64,000 nucleotides of DNA, taken from the NCBI GenBank assembly GCA_026936335.1, contig JAPMXV010000046.1:374743-438742 (forward strand), read 5' to 3'. This DNA is from Mantamonas sphyraenae STR306. Lineage: Eukaryota > Protista > CRuMs. The translations under genes and the position numbers were made by a program. The notes beneath the pieces are model-generated. The model was given only the letters and a program-made list of their open reading frames with translations. It did not search any database and had not been told where the DNA came from. Of this stretch, positions 1-11,459 are shown one piece after another. The first letter of the stretch is position 1. Each line of letters begins with the position of its first letter.

Positions 1-8
1 TCCCGCTG

Positions 9-2511
9 TCACGCCCGCACGTGCAAGTACATCTCAAAAATCAAGAGCTGGGACAAGGTTGGACGAATCTGCTCCAACAGATTCCTTGCCTCCTTGATCC
101 CATCGACAAGATGCATGAGGCTGACGGAGCCGCGCTTGAGTTGCTCCTGCTCGTTTGGGATGACCACAGGCAGATACGACGCATAGCGCATGTACTCGTC
201 CTCCATCTTGTTCTTGGTTTCCGCAAACGACAGTCCGTGATGCTGCAGCCACAGCAGGGTGGTAAACGTGGCCTGCTCCAGCAGGATGGGCACTCCCAAC
301 ACATCCAGCGTGTACCCAACATGCAGGTCCCAGCACCAAAGCCGCCGTCCCGTCTGGGAATCAAACAGGGGCAGCGTGTACGTGACCCCCTTGCCGTGCA
401 CCTCGCCAACCACCGCCTGTCCGGGCGCCTGGGCACGCAGCACACGAGACAAAGACTCGGGCGGCCGGGAGCACGTGATTTCAAACACCATTGCTTCGAT
501 GTCATGTTCCACCACAACCACAATCGACTGGTCGTCCAGAGTCTCGTGCGATCCGTCCCTTTCCGGATCCGGCGACGGCGTCAGCGTGTACCGCGACACC
601 CTTGCCGACGCCTCCTCCTCCTCCTTCTTTCGCTTCCTCGTCGCCTCGTCCATGAGGATGACCCCAGAGAATGTCAGCATGCGTTCGTGCTTGATCTGTT
701 CCAGTCGACTCTGCTTGCCTTCGTGTCGCACACGCTCTTCGCTCTCCCTCCGTGTGCGTCGCCAGTCCCCACCCAGGTCTGTGCGATGATGAAACCCTGC
801 TCCTTTGCCTTTGCTGCTCTTTCCTTTGCCCTTTGTACTCTTGTTTCCACTGATGCCTCCGTCACCCATGCTTCCCTCGCCCTTCTTGTTCTTGTTGGCC
901 GTCATCGTCGTCATTGTCCCACCATCTCCCCCATCTCCCCCATCTTCACTTCTCCGGCTGCCTTTCTTTCGCCTCGCCTTGCGTTTTGCCTTGCGATGCA
1001 ACTTGCGATAGTTGACGCTGGTGCTGTACATGCTGTCCTGCTGCGCCTGCTCCTTCTGATGGTGTGCCAACGCCTCTGCAATCACCTTTTGCCGCCTCTG
1101 ACTCGCCTCGGTGCCCTGCTGCAACTTCTCCAGCGAGCTGTGTGCCTGCATCGAACGTTGGTACCGCTTGGGCACAACAGGCACCCCACGGAAGGGCCAT
1201 GGGATGCGTGTCAGTCGCTCGCTTCGTGGATCCACCTCATGACTGCGTGCGGTGGCAAAGTCGTAGTACAGCACCATGCCATCGGGATCCCTAAAGCGCA
1301 TGATGGCTTCCTGGTGATGGTGATTGCCGCCCTCGTTGTGTGGATGCTGTCCGCGTGCACGCCGCTCCTCCTGGTTGGCATACCATGCCTCGCGTGCCTC
1401 ATCGATGGCCTCAAAGAACACATGGTCCAACGGGTGCTCCCGCGTGCTCTCGTCATTGATGGCGTTGAAAAAGTACGGAAAGCCGTTGGCGTGGAACTGC
1501 TGCCAATTCGCAGGCAACGGTGCAAGCACCGCACGACGCACAATCGGCAGCAGGTACGACTCCTCCACAGGGTCGATGGCAAGGTACGTGCACATGTCCT
1601 CCATCTCCTCCGGACTCACAACCACCATCTGTCGTTCGTGATCCAATTCCTCGTCATAGCCACTTGCACCGCCACCACCACCACCACCCCACCACCCACA
1701 CCCTGGCCTCCACTGCGACTCCCGCGACTTCCCACACTGCTTCGTGACATCGAACGACTCCGCCGTCCCGTCTCACTCGAGCCGGCTGCTGCCTCCTCGC
1801 TCGTGTCCTCGCCGTCCCCATCCAACCACACCCGCTTGGCAATGCGGTACGTTTGTGCATAAGGCACACGCGCAGGCTCCTCATACGTCACCTGTTCCGT
1901 GAAAAAGTTGAACCAGAAGCGACCGGGCACAGATTCCGTGTCGTCCTCATCCTCGCTGCTCCCGTACCCACCCCGGGCCCCATACTGCTTCTCTGCCCAC
2001 TGCACCCTTCCCTTTGGCTTCACCTGTCCCTCACCTTCCCCTCCCGTGCTTGTTGATGTCGAGGAGGAGGACGAGGTCGATGTTGCTGAGGACGCACCTC
2101 CACCTGCCTTTGCCTCCTCATCGTCCTCCAACAGCTTCAATGCCCCCCCTGCAGGTGTCAACCGTCCATGCGGTGCCCCAGCACGTGCTTCCCTGTCATC
2201 GTCCTCATTATTATCATCTCCCTCCTTCGCTGCCTCGACATCATCATCATCATCATTATCACGTTGTTGTTGGGGATCCTCCTCCTCGTCCTCCTCCTGC
2301 CGAGTGCCATCGTCCACATGAAACTCCATCCATGGCAACAACCCAGTCAACTCCACATCTTCAATGTACTTGTCCAGCTCGGCACGCTCCTGCTGAACCA
2401 GAGATCGGAAGAAGCCGTCCAACGGATGGAAACGACTCGTCACCTTGGTCACTCTGTTGTGAAAGTACGGCCTTCCTTCCTCATCCAGGTACTCTCGCCA
2501 ATTGTCCGGCT

Positions 2512-2549
<38 letters not shown>

Positions 2550-3280
2550 GAATGATTGTGTCAGTGCATCGTCTTGCCAACCCCGGGCATTCTTCTCTCC
2601 CTGCCAACTCACCAATGGCGCAAGCACCGCCCGTTTGGCAATCCACAGCAGATGAAACTCCAGTTTGGGGTTGATACCCAGGTAGTGTGCAAACTCAATG
2701 ATTTCCTGTGGCGTCGCTGCCATCACTGGCTCCCCGTCTCGTTGGTACAGATGCAACTCTTCGTCCACCACTTCGTCGGGCAACGACGGCAATGCACTCT
2801 CATCAATCTGTACCCACCTGTGTGTCAGCCCCTCCCCCCTCCCCCTCGCAATCACATTCCCCTCTCCTCTCCTCTCCCCTTTCCATCCCTTTCTCTCTGT
2901 CCCCTCCATAGCGGCCGCCCGCAGTCTTACCTGCTGCGAATCCGCCCGTTGCCGCTCTGCTTCTTCCTCCAACTCCCGTTGCTCCCGTTCCCGCTCCCTT
3001 TCCGCCTCTGCCTTCCTTTCCAACTCCGCCAATGCTTCTGCTTCCTCCTTCTGCCTCTTTTCCATGGCTTGTTTCTCCTCCTCAGCCTTGCGTGCCTTCT
3101 CAGCGGCCGCTTCCCGCTCAGCTGCGCTCGCTTCTCCTCCTCCTCCTCCTTTGCCTTTGCCTCCTGCGCTCGTTTCTCCGTCTCCTCCTTCTCTGCCTTG
3201 GCCTTGTCCAGCTTGGATGCCACCGTTCCCACCCCCTGCACCTTGGCTTTCGTCTTTTTCCTCCTAAAGAATCCCGACAT
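9..3280 (-). CDS. Probable ciliary/centriolar protein: charged coiled coil, two CEP164-N-terminal-like WW modules, C-terminal DM10-like domain
   Basis: ATG at 3280 (MSGFFRRKK). Introns 2930-2808 and 2612-2510 (GT..AG). Modules ATPQEIIEFAHYLGINPKLEFHLLWIAKRAVLAPLPDNW..PYFHN..HPLD and SPEEMEDMCTYLAIDP..AVLAPLPANW..PYFFN..HPLD resemble the CEP164 N-terminus. WDLHVGYTLDVLGVPILLEQA resembles the end of a DM10 domain. Joining ORFs 2927-3337, 2481-3065, 1616-2452 and 9-1646 needs frameshifts at ~3125 and ~1688. Confidence 0.7.
2514..2550. repeat. (TG)n microsatellite in an intron, next to the splice acceptor
   Basis: Directly visible gtgtgtg run; reads CACACAC..GTAG on the coding strand. Confidence 0.9.
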
Positions 3281-3339
3281 CGTTGGTGTCGCTGGCGCCC
3301 GCAACACTTCCCCACCCCCAACACACACACACACCATTC
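3281..3339. promoter_or_regulatory. Putative bidirectional promoter (59 bp between divergent ATGs)
   Basis: Positional inference only: ATG 3280(-) and ATG 3340(+). Confidence 0.4.
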
Positions 3340-4942
3340 ATGTTCTCCCGTGTTTCCCGTGCCTCTGTGGGTGTCTCTCATCGCCACGGTGTGGCCAGTA
3401 TTGTCGATTCGCTGATGTCCCAGCCTCCCGGCGGCGGGGCGGCGGCCGCGCCTGCTGCCACGGGCTTGGGCCTTGCCCATCTGTTTTCCACAGCGTCCCA
3501 GGACGATGACAAGGCCACGGAGGGATTGACAGCGGAACAACGCAATGCCAATGACATCGATGTGTCTGATTCGAATGCATCCCAGCGTACCTCGGTCACC
3601 ATGGAGCTGTGGAGGCGTCGAAAGCAGGACAAGCTCATGAGCTTTGGCGACAAGCTGCGCGACGAACGCAACCTCGAGCCACAATCTCCGTCCGATTCCT
3701 TTGTGCGCGTCCATCTGCCCTTTGGCAGTGATCACAACCTGCGCGAACAATACGTCAATCATTACGGCTCCCTCCGGTGCGTGACGATACAACACCCACA
3801 CCCACCCACACACACCAAACGGCTCGTTTCTGACGGAGAACGCCACTGACACCCGCCCCTTTCCACCCCACTTCCCACACACCCTCTCATCCGATGTCAG
3901 GTTTGGCAAACTGTTGGAGGACATGGATGCGATGGCAGGATTCATTTCCTATCGCCATGTGGACGACCCTTTGGATGACGAGCCGCTGCCGACGATTGTG
4001 ACGGCCAGTGTGGACCGCATCGATCTCATGCGACGGCTGCGTGTGGATAGGAACATTCGCATGCAAGGGTGTGTGTCGTACGTGGGGAGATCGTCGATGA
4101 ATGTGCGCATCGAAGTGCTGGGACGCAAGATTCCCAGCACGGAGGACGAGCGACACAACCACGAGGACGAACCGGACAGCAATTACGAACGGCTCATCCT
4201 GGCCTCCTTTGTCATGGTGGCACGCAATCCATTGGATGAAACCGCATGTGCGGTGCCCCCCTTGGTGCCTCGTACGGAGCAGGAAAAGGCGTGGTTTGAG
4301 GAGGACAAGGCTCGGCTGGCCCAACGCAAGCAGGCTCGCATCAACAGCATCCTCAACGTGCCACCCACCTCCGAAGAGTCGAAAACCATCCATGACCTCT
4401 ACCTGGCCTCCCTGAAGGACAAGAAGGATGGAAAAGTCACAGAGTTTGTCTTTATGGACGAGACCAAGCTCGACAGCATCGAGGTGTGCCATCCCCAACA
4501 ACGCAACATCCACAACAAGGTCTTTGGTGGCCATCTCATGCGCAAGGCATTTGAGCTTGCCCATGTCTCGGCGTCCACCTGTGGCGTGGCACCCGGTTCT
4601 CCCCCGTTTTTCCTTGCCCTCGACGACATCAGCTTCCTCCGACCCGTGGAAATCGGCTCCATTGTACGCTATCGTTCTCAGCTTGTCTATGGTCATGGTC
4701 ATCCCTCCAAGAGCATCGGCATCCGGGTTGTGGCAGAGATGATCAACCCGCTCACCGCGGAAGCCCTCCTCTCCAACGTCTTTCACTTTACCTTTACCTA
4801 CTCCTACGCCACTGGTCCCCTCAAGAGGGTCATGCCCCACAGCTACGACGACGCCATGCTCTACATTGAAGGCAAGCGTCGCTACGAGACCGGAAAGCGC
4901 GCCGCTGCAAACCTCGGTGGCGATCTCCTTTCTATGTACTGA
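3340..4942 (+). CDS. ACOT9: Acyl-CoA thioesterase, double hotdog fold (ACOT9-like), probably mitochondrial
   Basis: Start MFSRVSRASVG resembles a transit peptide. Intron 3777-3900 joins YVNHYGSLR to FGKLLEDMDAMAG. Motifs IVTASVDRI, VGRSSMNVRI, HPQQRNIHNKVFGGHLMRKAFELA, FLRPVEIGS. Confidence 0.85.
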
Positions 4943-4985
4943 ATACGGTGGATGGTGGATGGTGTGATTCATGTTGTGCAATCAA

Positions 4986-7900
4986 TCACCGGAAACACGC
5001 CTGGATGTGCTTCTCATAGTCTTGCAGCATCACCGGGGTCATGCAGTTCTCACAAAACGTGTACGCCACCTCCGCGTCATCCTGTTCTTGTTCGTCCAGC
5101 GGTTTAGCCACCTCCATGTCTGCCTCTCCCTCATGGTTCTCCGTTGTGCTTGTGTCCTCCTCTTCCTCCGTGCTGGCTGTGGTGGTCGTCGTCGTGGTTG
5201 TTGTGGCGGCCGTCGTCGAGGCTTCCTCCACCACGTCACCACCTGTCTCTCCAGCCTCTGCTGCCTCACCAGCCTCTGCTGCCTCTCCTTCCTCCTTGTC
5301 CTCGTGGGAGGTCAACACATGCACCTGCAGGTCGTCGTGGTGCACAAAGGGTGCCTGGCACCAATCGCACACAAAGATGGATGGCTCGCGTGCCAAACTG
5401 GAGCTGCGATGGGGCCCGTGGCGTCCAAACCCAGGCAGCTTGTTCTTGATGGCTCCTGGCGAGGGACGGTAGATGTTGCCTTCACACTGGGCGGTGTGGA
5501 GAAAGTAGTCACGCTTGCGCACGCGCTGGTGGCACTTTTCACACTCTTCCGTGCGTGCACCACACTCCTTCTCATGCTCCAGATACTCCTCAAAGGGCAT
5601 GCTGAGGCCACAGTGCACGTACTCGCACACCACCTTGCGCTTCCGGCACTCGTGGTGTCGATGGCGCTTCATCCACCTCTGCTCCACCTCATCACCACAC
5701 TTGGGACACTCAATGCCCATGTGGATCTTTTCGTGCTCCTCACGTGCCGAAATCGCCACCACTGCCTTGCAATCCTCCACGGGGCACACCCAGTTGCTGC
5801 GTTCGCATCGCAGCTCGTGCATTGTGTACGATGCCATCGGTACGCGTTTGCCACAGTGGCCACACACCTGATAATCCACTCCCTCCACCTGCGTGTCATC
5901 TTCCTCCATGTGTCCTGCCCCTTTGCCACCCGCGCCGCCGCCGCTGCTGCTGCTGTCCTCACTTGCGGTGGTTGTGGACGACAGAGAGTCTGTCTTGAGG
6001 GGTGCAAACGAGCCGGACAGAGGCATGGCAAAGTCGACGGTGACGTCGGTGTCGGTGAGGGAGATGCTCTTGCCCGGAGACACCTCAAGGACATTGAGGT
6101 CAAAGACGTCGCCTGCCCATTGGATGCGCAGGACGTCGCCTTCCGTCACTGCGTTGTAGTTGAGCAACACGTGTTCCAGCACCGGTTTGGTGTCGTGGAT
6201 TTTGTTGTGAAAGTCTGCGCTGTGCGGTTGCAGACGCAGCGACTTGCCCTTGGGCAGTTTGATCCTGCGCACATGGATGGGACGTCCCTGCTCCACCATC
6301 AAATTGTCCATCATCCAGTCGGGCATCACCACCGCGCCCGTCGGTGCCGAAAAGTCCAGCACACCGCAGCACGACCGCTTGCCAAGTTCGCTGCTGATTT
6401 CAAAGATCATCGGCGACGAGTTCTGGTACCCTCCATACGAGTACGACGGTTCCATCTGCGAGATCTCCTCCAACGCCTCTGTGGGCAACAGCACCTTGCC
6501 ACTGAACTGGAATCCGCTGTTGTCCTTGTCGCCACGCACACAGGTGTAGGTTTTCCAGAACCCGCTCACCGTTTCCATGCCGAACCCACTGGCCCCCTCC
6601 TCCAGGTTGATGCGTGCCCCACTCGCAATGATTTCCTTGCGGATGCGTGTGCACAGATCCAACACGCTGTCCTCACTCGTCCACAGCTGCGGCGACTCCT
6701 CGATGATGCCCGACAGCGAGCGAGGCAACCCTGTGACGGCATTCTCCTGCTCCTCCGCTGCCGACGACGACCCACCGGCACCCACCTCAAACCCAAACGC
6801 ATCTGTGGATCCGTCGGGAAGCACAAACGTGGGACGCACAATGCGAATCATGGGTGCAGCGTTGGGAAAGTCAGGCGGGAATTTGAGCTCCACCTGGATT
6901 TCCTTACCATTGCGAGGGTGTGCCTTTGCATACGTGGCCAGATCCTGAGCCAATTGCCTCTCTCGTTCCTCCAGACTGGCGGCGGTGGCTGATGACATGC
7001 CACTTGCCCCGTCTTGCCCATCATCCTCGTTGGTCTTGAGCACATCCGCGCCCACCGTTTCAATCACACCCGACTCGGACTCGGATGCTTCCTCTGCCAC
7101 AGCGTCGTTGTCGCCTCCCACCTTGACAACGGTGGGTGCCTTGTCAGCTTTCTCCTCCTCCTCCTCCGTTGTTGTTGTGCTTGATGTCGTTTCGCTCATG
7201 CTGTTTTCCACTGCCACCTCTTCCACAGAGCCCTCGCCTTTGCCTGCACTTCCTGAGCTGCCTCCCGACGCCAGCGCAGACGACGTCACCGTTTTGGCCT
7301 CTGCGAGCCAGACACTACTGCCGAGGAACCACCCGCGGATGAGGAGGAGGAGGAGGATCCTTCTCCAAACTCACTCAGACGCACAATCCAGTGGAAGAGA
7401 TCATTGCCTGTGGGTTCTGCACGCAGACCCATCTGTCGGTTGCGAATACTGTTCTCTCGCATGTGCACCAGCTCCCTGCGCAGACGCTCTGCGGCGGCAA
7501 AGGTGCCCGAGGTGGTGCGGTACAGACGTTCGTTCTTGATGAAGCGCTTCTCATAGCCGCCGTACTCGTTGCGCACGTACTCGTAGCGCTGCTTGGGCAT
7601 AAACTTGAGTACGGAGCGAGGGATGGGTTTGCCTCCAAACAGGGTGCGCACCTGTTCGATGGCGCTCCCCTCGTCGTTGCGCTCCACTGCACTGCGCACC
7701 CTGTGCATCCAATGGTCGATCTGCCACGGTGTCGACGCATACTCCACCGCAAGCAGGTTCAACACCTCGGGAAAGATCGTCTCCTTCCAATCCTCCAGCG
7801 TGGGTTCCACATATTCGTAATCGTCTTCGCCGCCGCCGCCACCACCATAACCACCCATGGCACCCATGCTGTTTCCTCCGCCACTCATGCCACTGTATCC

Positions 7901-9729
7901 TCCGAGGCCCAGTGCACTGTCCAGCCCGTCGCTGAGTTCCTTGTGAAACCAGGGCTCGTGGATATCCGGCAACACGGCCTTGTCCTTGAAGATGGCCTCA
8001 GCCTCCTCTCCATGCACAGCCACGTAGATGGTCTGCAGCAGCTTGGTGATGTGCACAAACTTGTTGTTGGTGATGTAATCGTTGATGACTGGCGTGAGCA
8101 CGGCCAGCGTTTCGTTGTCCGATGCAAAGGCCATGGGCTTCCACGTCTGCGCGTGGAACATGAGAGTGAACGAGGCTTCGTTCATGAGAAAGTCCATGGC
8201 AAAGTCGTCTGCACGCAGCTGCTCCAACTCCAGATCGATGTCATTCTCGTAGGCCGTGAGAAACGCGTCCACCTGCTTCTGCAGACGCGCCGACGGGTTG
8301 AACGCACCCACTCCGTCGGTGGGACCATGCGACGCGGCGTTGTTGTTGGCCTTGCTGAGGCTGTTGTACTGCTTGATGAGTCCCTGGGCACGGCCAAACT
8401 GGCGCACGGCCGTGTTTGCGTGCATGAAGAAGGAGCCGAGGGACATCTGACCGCCTGCATACAACTTGTTGTTCAGACTCTCTGTCAGCGTGTTCATCTC
8501 CTCATGTTCACTCATGATGGCCACCGGGTTGGTCCAGCTCTCGTCCAGGATGACCTGGATGGTGTACACCTTGTCGTCGGCGCTGTCCAGCACAAACGTC
8601 ACAATGTGCGATTGTTCGTCCATGCTTGCCAGCTGCAGGTTCACCCCGTCTGCTTGCAACTCAAAGCACCACCGTTCCAACTCCTCACGGACCTTGGCCA
8701 TCCTCACTGCTTCGTCGTCCTCACTCTCTGCACCGCTGCCCACCATCACCTGTTCCTGTCCTTCGTATTCCTCGTCATCATCGTCATCGTCGTCATCGTC
8801 ATCGTCATCGTCATCATCGCCGTTGCTTGCATTTGCGGTCACTCGCACAGCGCCACCTGCCAGCGAACCCAACAAGCTTTGCACACCGCTTTTCGCCGCC
8901 GCATAGCCGCTCTGTGTCAGGGGAGTTTTGGTTGCACCACATTAGTGTGCATGGGGTCAATGGTGGGATGAGCAGGGGTCAGTCTCAGAGAGAGTGTGTG
9001 TGGGTGGGTTCCCGACAGCCCACCCTCTGCCGAGTTGTGTGTGACACAAATCCCCTCCGTCACGTTTGACACACCCCTGTGGGACACCTACCACCTGATT
9101 GATCTGTGGAGCATTGCTGTGGAGATAGATGGAGGACAGCAGGAGCTGTTCCTTGAGGCTGGTGGAGTTGTCGCCTGCCGATTCGGCCAGTTTGTTGTTG
9201 ACCAGCTGCACCCATTCGCCCAGCCGCTTGTCCGTAGAGGCAAAGAACTGTGCACCGGACAGCCACACACCGTGCAAGGTCACCACAACCCATGTCAGGA
9301 TCGTGTCAGTGATCATGTGCGTGGAATACTCCTCCCCAGTAGGCCCAAACAAGGGGAAAAGGCCCGAGTGTGGGAGGGGCTGCTGAGTGATTGATGAAGG
9401 GACGAATTCCGTCTGAGGAAGTGGATGAGACGTACCATAGGAGTCCAGCTGTCATTGCAGATTACATGGAAGGGCACGTTGTTGGCACCGACAGTAAAGC
9501 GGATTTCGAATTGGTCTCCAATGACTTGGGTGACCTTGAAGTTCTGGTCGGAGAGCGATTGGTACGAGTCCAGCCAGCGTTGCACCTCGGCCTTCAGGGT
9601 CTTGCTCACATCCTGGAAATATGTGGAGGCGTTGAGCACATCACCATCGTCCGTCACCTCTGCCTCCTCCCCCTGCTGCTGCTGCTGCTGCTGCTGCTGT
9701 GGCACACTGTGTTCGTCGTTGGAGGACAT
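4986..9729 (-). CDS. Multidomain ubiquitin-system protein: three RWD-like repeats, UBE2Q-like UBC fold lacking the catalytic Cys, UFD1 domain, TRAF-type/C2H2 zinc fingers
   Basis: ATG 9729; introns 9435-9248 and 9091-8912. UBC-like: AAERLRREL..NDLFHWIVRL..LAQDL..IQVELKFPPDFPNAAPMIRIVRP. UFD1: GKVLLPTEAL..PMIFEI..CGVLDFSAPTG..PDWMM..LPKGKSLRLQP..KPVLE..DVTVDF. Several CxxC..H..C fingers. Frame break at ~7300 (indel, or a 74-nt GTGAGT..GCAG intron). Confidence 0.75.
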
Positions 9730-9788
9730 TCAGTTTTTGGCTTGCCTGCCGCCGCGAAGGCGCAAACACAGAAACTGCGGAGAAGTGG
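9730..9788. promoter_or_regulatory. Putative bidirectional promoter (59 bp between divergent ATGs)
   Basis: Positional inference only: ATG 9729(-) and ATG 9789(+). Confidence 0.4.
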
Positions 9789-11321
9789 ATGCAAAGCAGC
9801 GCAGAAGCGAAACCGCTGTTTCACTTTTGTGTGATTGACCCCGTGTGTGTGGACATGTCGGTGTACGACATGTGGCTGCGTGGCTTCAGCGAGGAGGACG
9901 CCACGGGCAATCGGCTCATCAACGCCGACGAGTTTTCGGCCCTCTTCTCCATGGACTTTGAGCAGCCGGACGTGGTGGACGACCAGTCCCAAGAGGATGG
10001 AGATGGGAACGGAGAGACCGGGGTTGATGGGCCTGGCGATGGCCCTGGTGAAGCGCAGGTCGAGGAAGAGGAGGGCAGCGGGAGGAAAAGCAAAGGGGTG
10101 GTTGCAACCAGCAGCAGCAGCAGCAGTGGTGGTGGTGGTGGTGCTGGTAGCAGCAGTGGAAGCAGCAGCAGTGCTGGTGCTGGTGCTGGTGGTGCAAGTG
10201 GCTACAGCAGCAGTGGTGGTGGTGGAACGAGTAGCAGCAGCAGCAGCGGGGCGGCGGTGGGAATGAGTGGCGGAGGGGAGGATGGAGGCGGAGGCGGAGC
10301 GTACTCCAGCGGAGGGAGCACAGGCGGAAACGATGAACCACACCCTCTGCAGTTGGCATTGGAAGCCAACCGGGGCGAACTGATGGCCAAATTGGTGGAG
10401 CAGGACACATACGACCAGTATCGGCTGTTTGAGATGATGGAGGAGTACCTTGCCGATCCCCCGCGGCTACGATCGCAAACTGCCTTTGTGGTGGAACCCT
10501 ATCAGGTGCTCGAACTCGTCCGTCGCTACTTTGACTTTGATGAGGCTGTGTTTCGTGCCCTGGTGGGCAAGAAGATCAATTCGCGGTTGCGGCGTGAGCT
10601 GGAAGATGTCAGTGAGGTGGCCCATGTGCCCATCCGCTCCTGCCAGCGCCAGTTTGAGAATCTGCGCGCACTGTACAAAGCCTTTGACGAGTTGGACGTG
10701 CCTGTGACCCCGTCGGTGGCCTTCCAGAGCATGTACCTTCTGCCCAAGAACCTCAGCCGACGCTACGAGACCATGGTCTTCATGTCCTACCATCGCTTTG
10801 AGGCCCACAAGAAGAAGCTCAGCACGTTGTCTTACACAGACTTTGAGGTGTGCTGCGAGCACATGCACTCGTACTGGAAGGACAGCACTCCCACCCTGGA
10901 CCTCGACCGCAAGCTGACCCAGGAGCTGCGTGACCTCAAGGCACTCCTGCTGTCGTCACGCGACTTTACAGACACGCTCAAGGACCAAGCCAAGCGCAAG
11001 TTTAGCTATTTCAAGGACTCGCGCATCCGCTTCCGGAACTTTGTCCGCACGCTGCTGGGGTTGGCCGCAGACCTCAGCTCCAGCAAGGAGTTCCGTGACT
11101 TTTTCCTGGACGTGGTGGAGAAGATTATTGAGCCACTGGCACGTGTGGGACTCAGCTCCATGGATGTGGAGGACCTGTTTACCTTTTTCCTCAACAGCTT
11201 CACCAGCACCAACGCCATGCCCAGCAGCGTCCACTCCTACATCGGCCCATGGACACGCTACATCGAAGGGCTGCGTGCTTGCGTCGTCCACCTCTACCCG
11301 CACCTTTCTGGCGGCATGTAG
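9789..11321 (+). CDS. FIBP: FGF1 intracellular binding protein homologue with a Gly/Ser insertion
   Basis: VDMSVYDMWLRGFS, DTYDQYRLFEMMEEYLADPPRL, YFDFDEAVFRALVGKK, SCQRQFENL, HRFEAHKKKL, WTRYIEG match the FIBP family pattern. No intron. Confidence 0.85.
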   Translation: MQSSAEAKPLFHFCVIDPVCVDMSVYDMWLRGFSEEDATGNRLINADEFSALFSMDFEQPDVVDDQSQEDGDGNGETGVDGPGDGPGEAQVEEEEGSGRKSKGVVATSSSSSSGGGGGAGSSSGSSSSAGAGAGGASGYSSSGGGGTSSSSSSGAAVGMSGGGEDGGGGGAYSSGGSTGGNDEPHPLQLALEANRGELMAKLVEQDTYDQYRLFEMMEEYLADPPRLRSQTAFVVEPYQVLELVRRYFDFDEAVFRALVGKKINSRLRRELEDVSEVAHVPIRSCQRQFENLRALYKAFDELDVPVTPSVAFQSMYLLPKNLSRRYETMVFMSYHRFEAHKKKLSTLSYTDFEVCCEHMHSYWKDSTPTLDLDRKLTQELRDLKALLLSSRDFTDTLKDQAKRKFSYFKDSRIRFRNFVRTLLGLAADLSSSKEFRDFFLDVVEKIIEPLARVGLSSMDVEDLFTFFLNSFTSTNAMPSSVHSYIGPWTRYIEGLRACVVHLYPHLSGGM

Positions 11322-11459
11322 CGCCAGGCCGCGTCATTGAGGCGACAATATACGTTTGATTTTTGATTCAGAGGAAAATGTGATTGAGCGACATGGTGGG
11401 TAGATTTGCATATGAATCAAAATTTACAGGACAACAACGCGCATCGCACCCATTCACCA

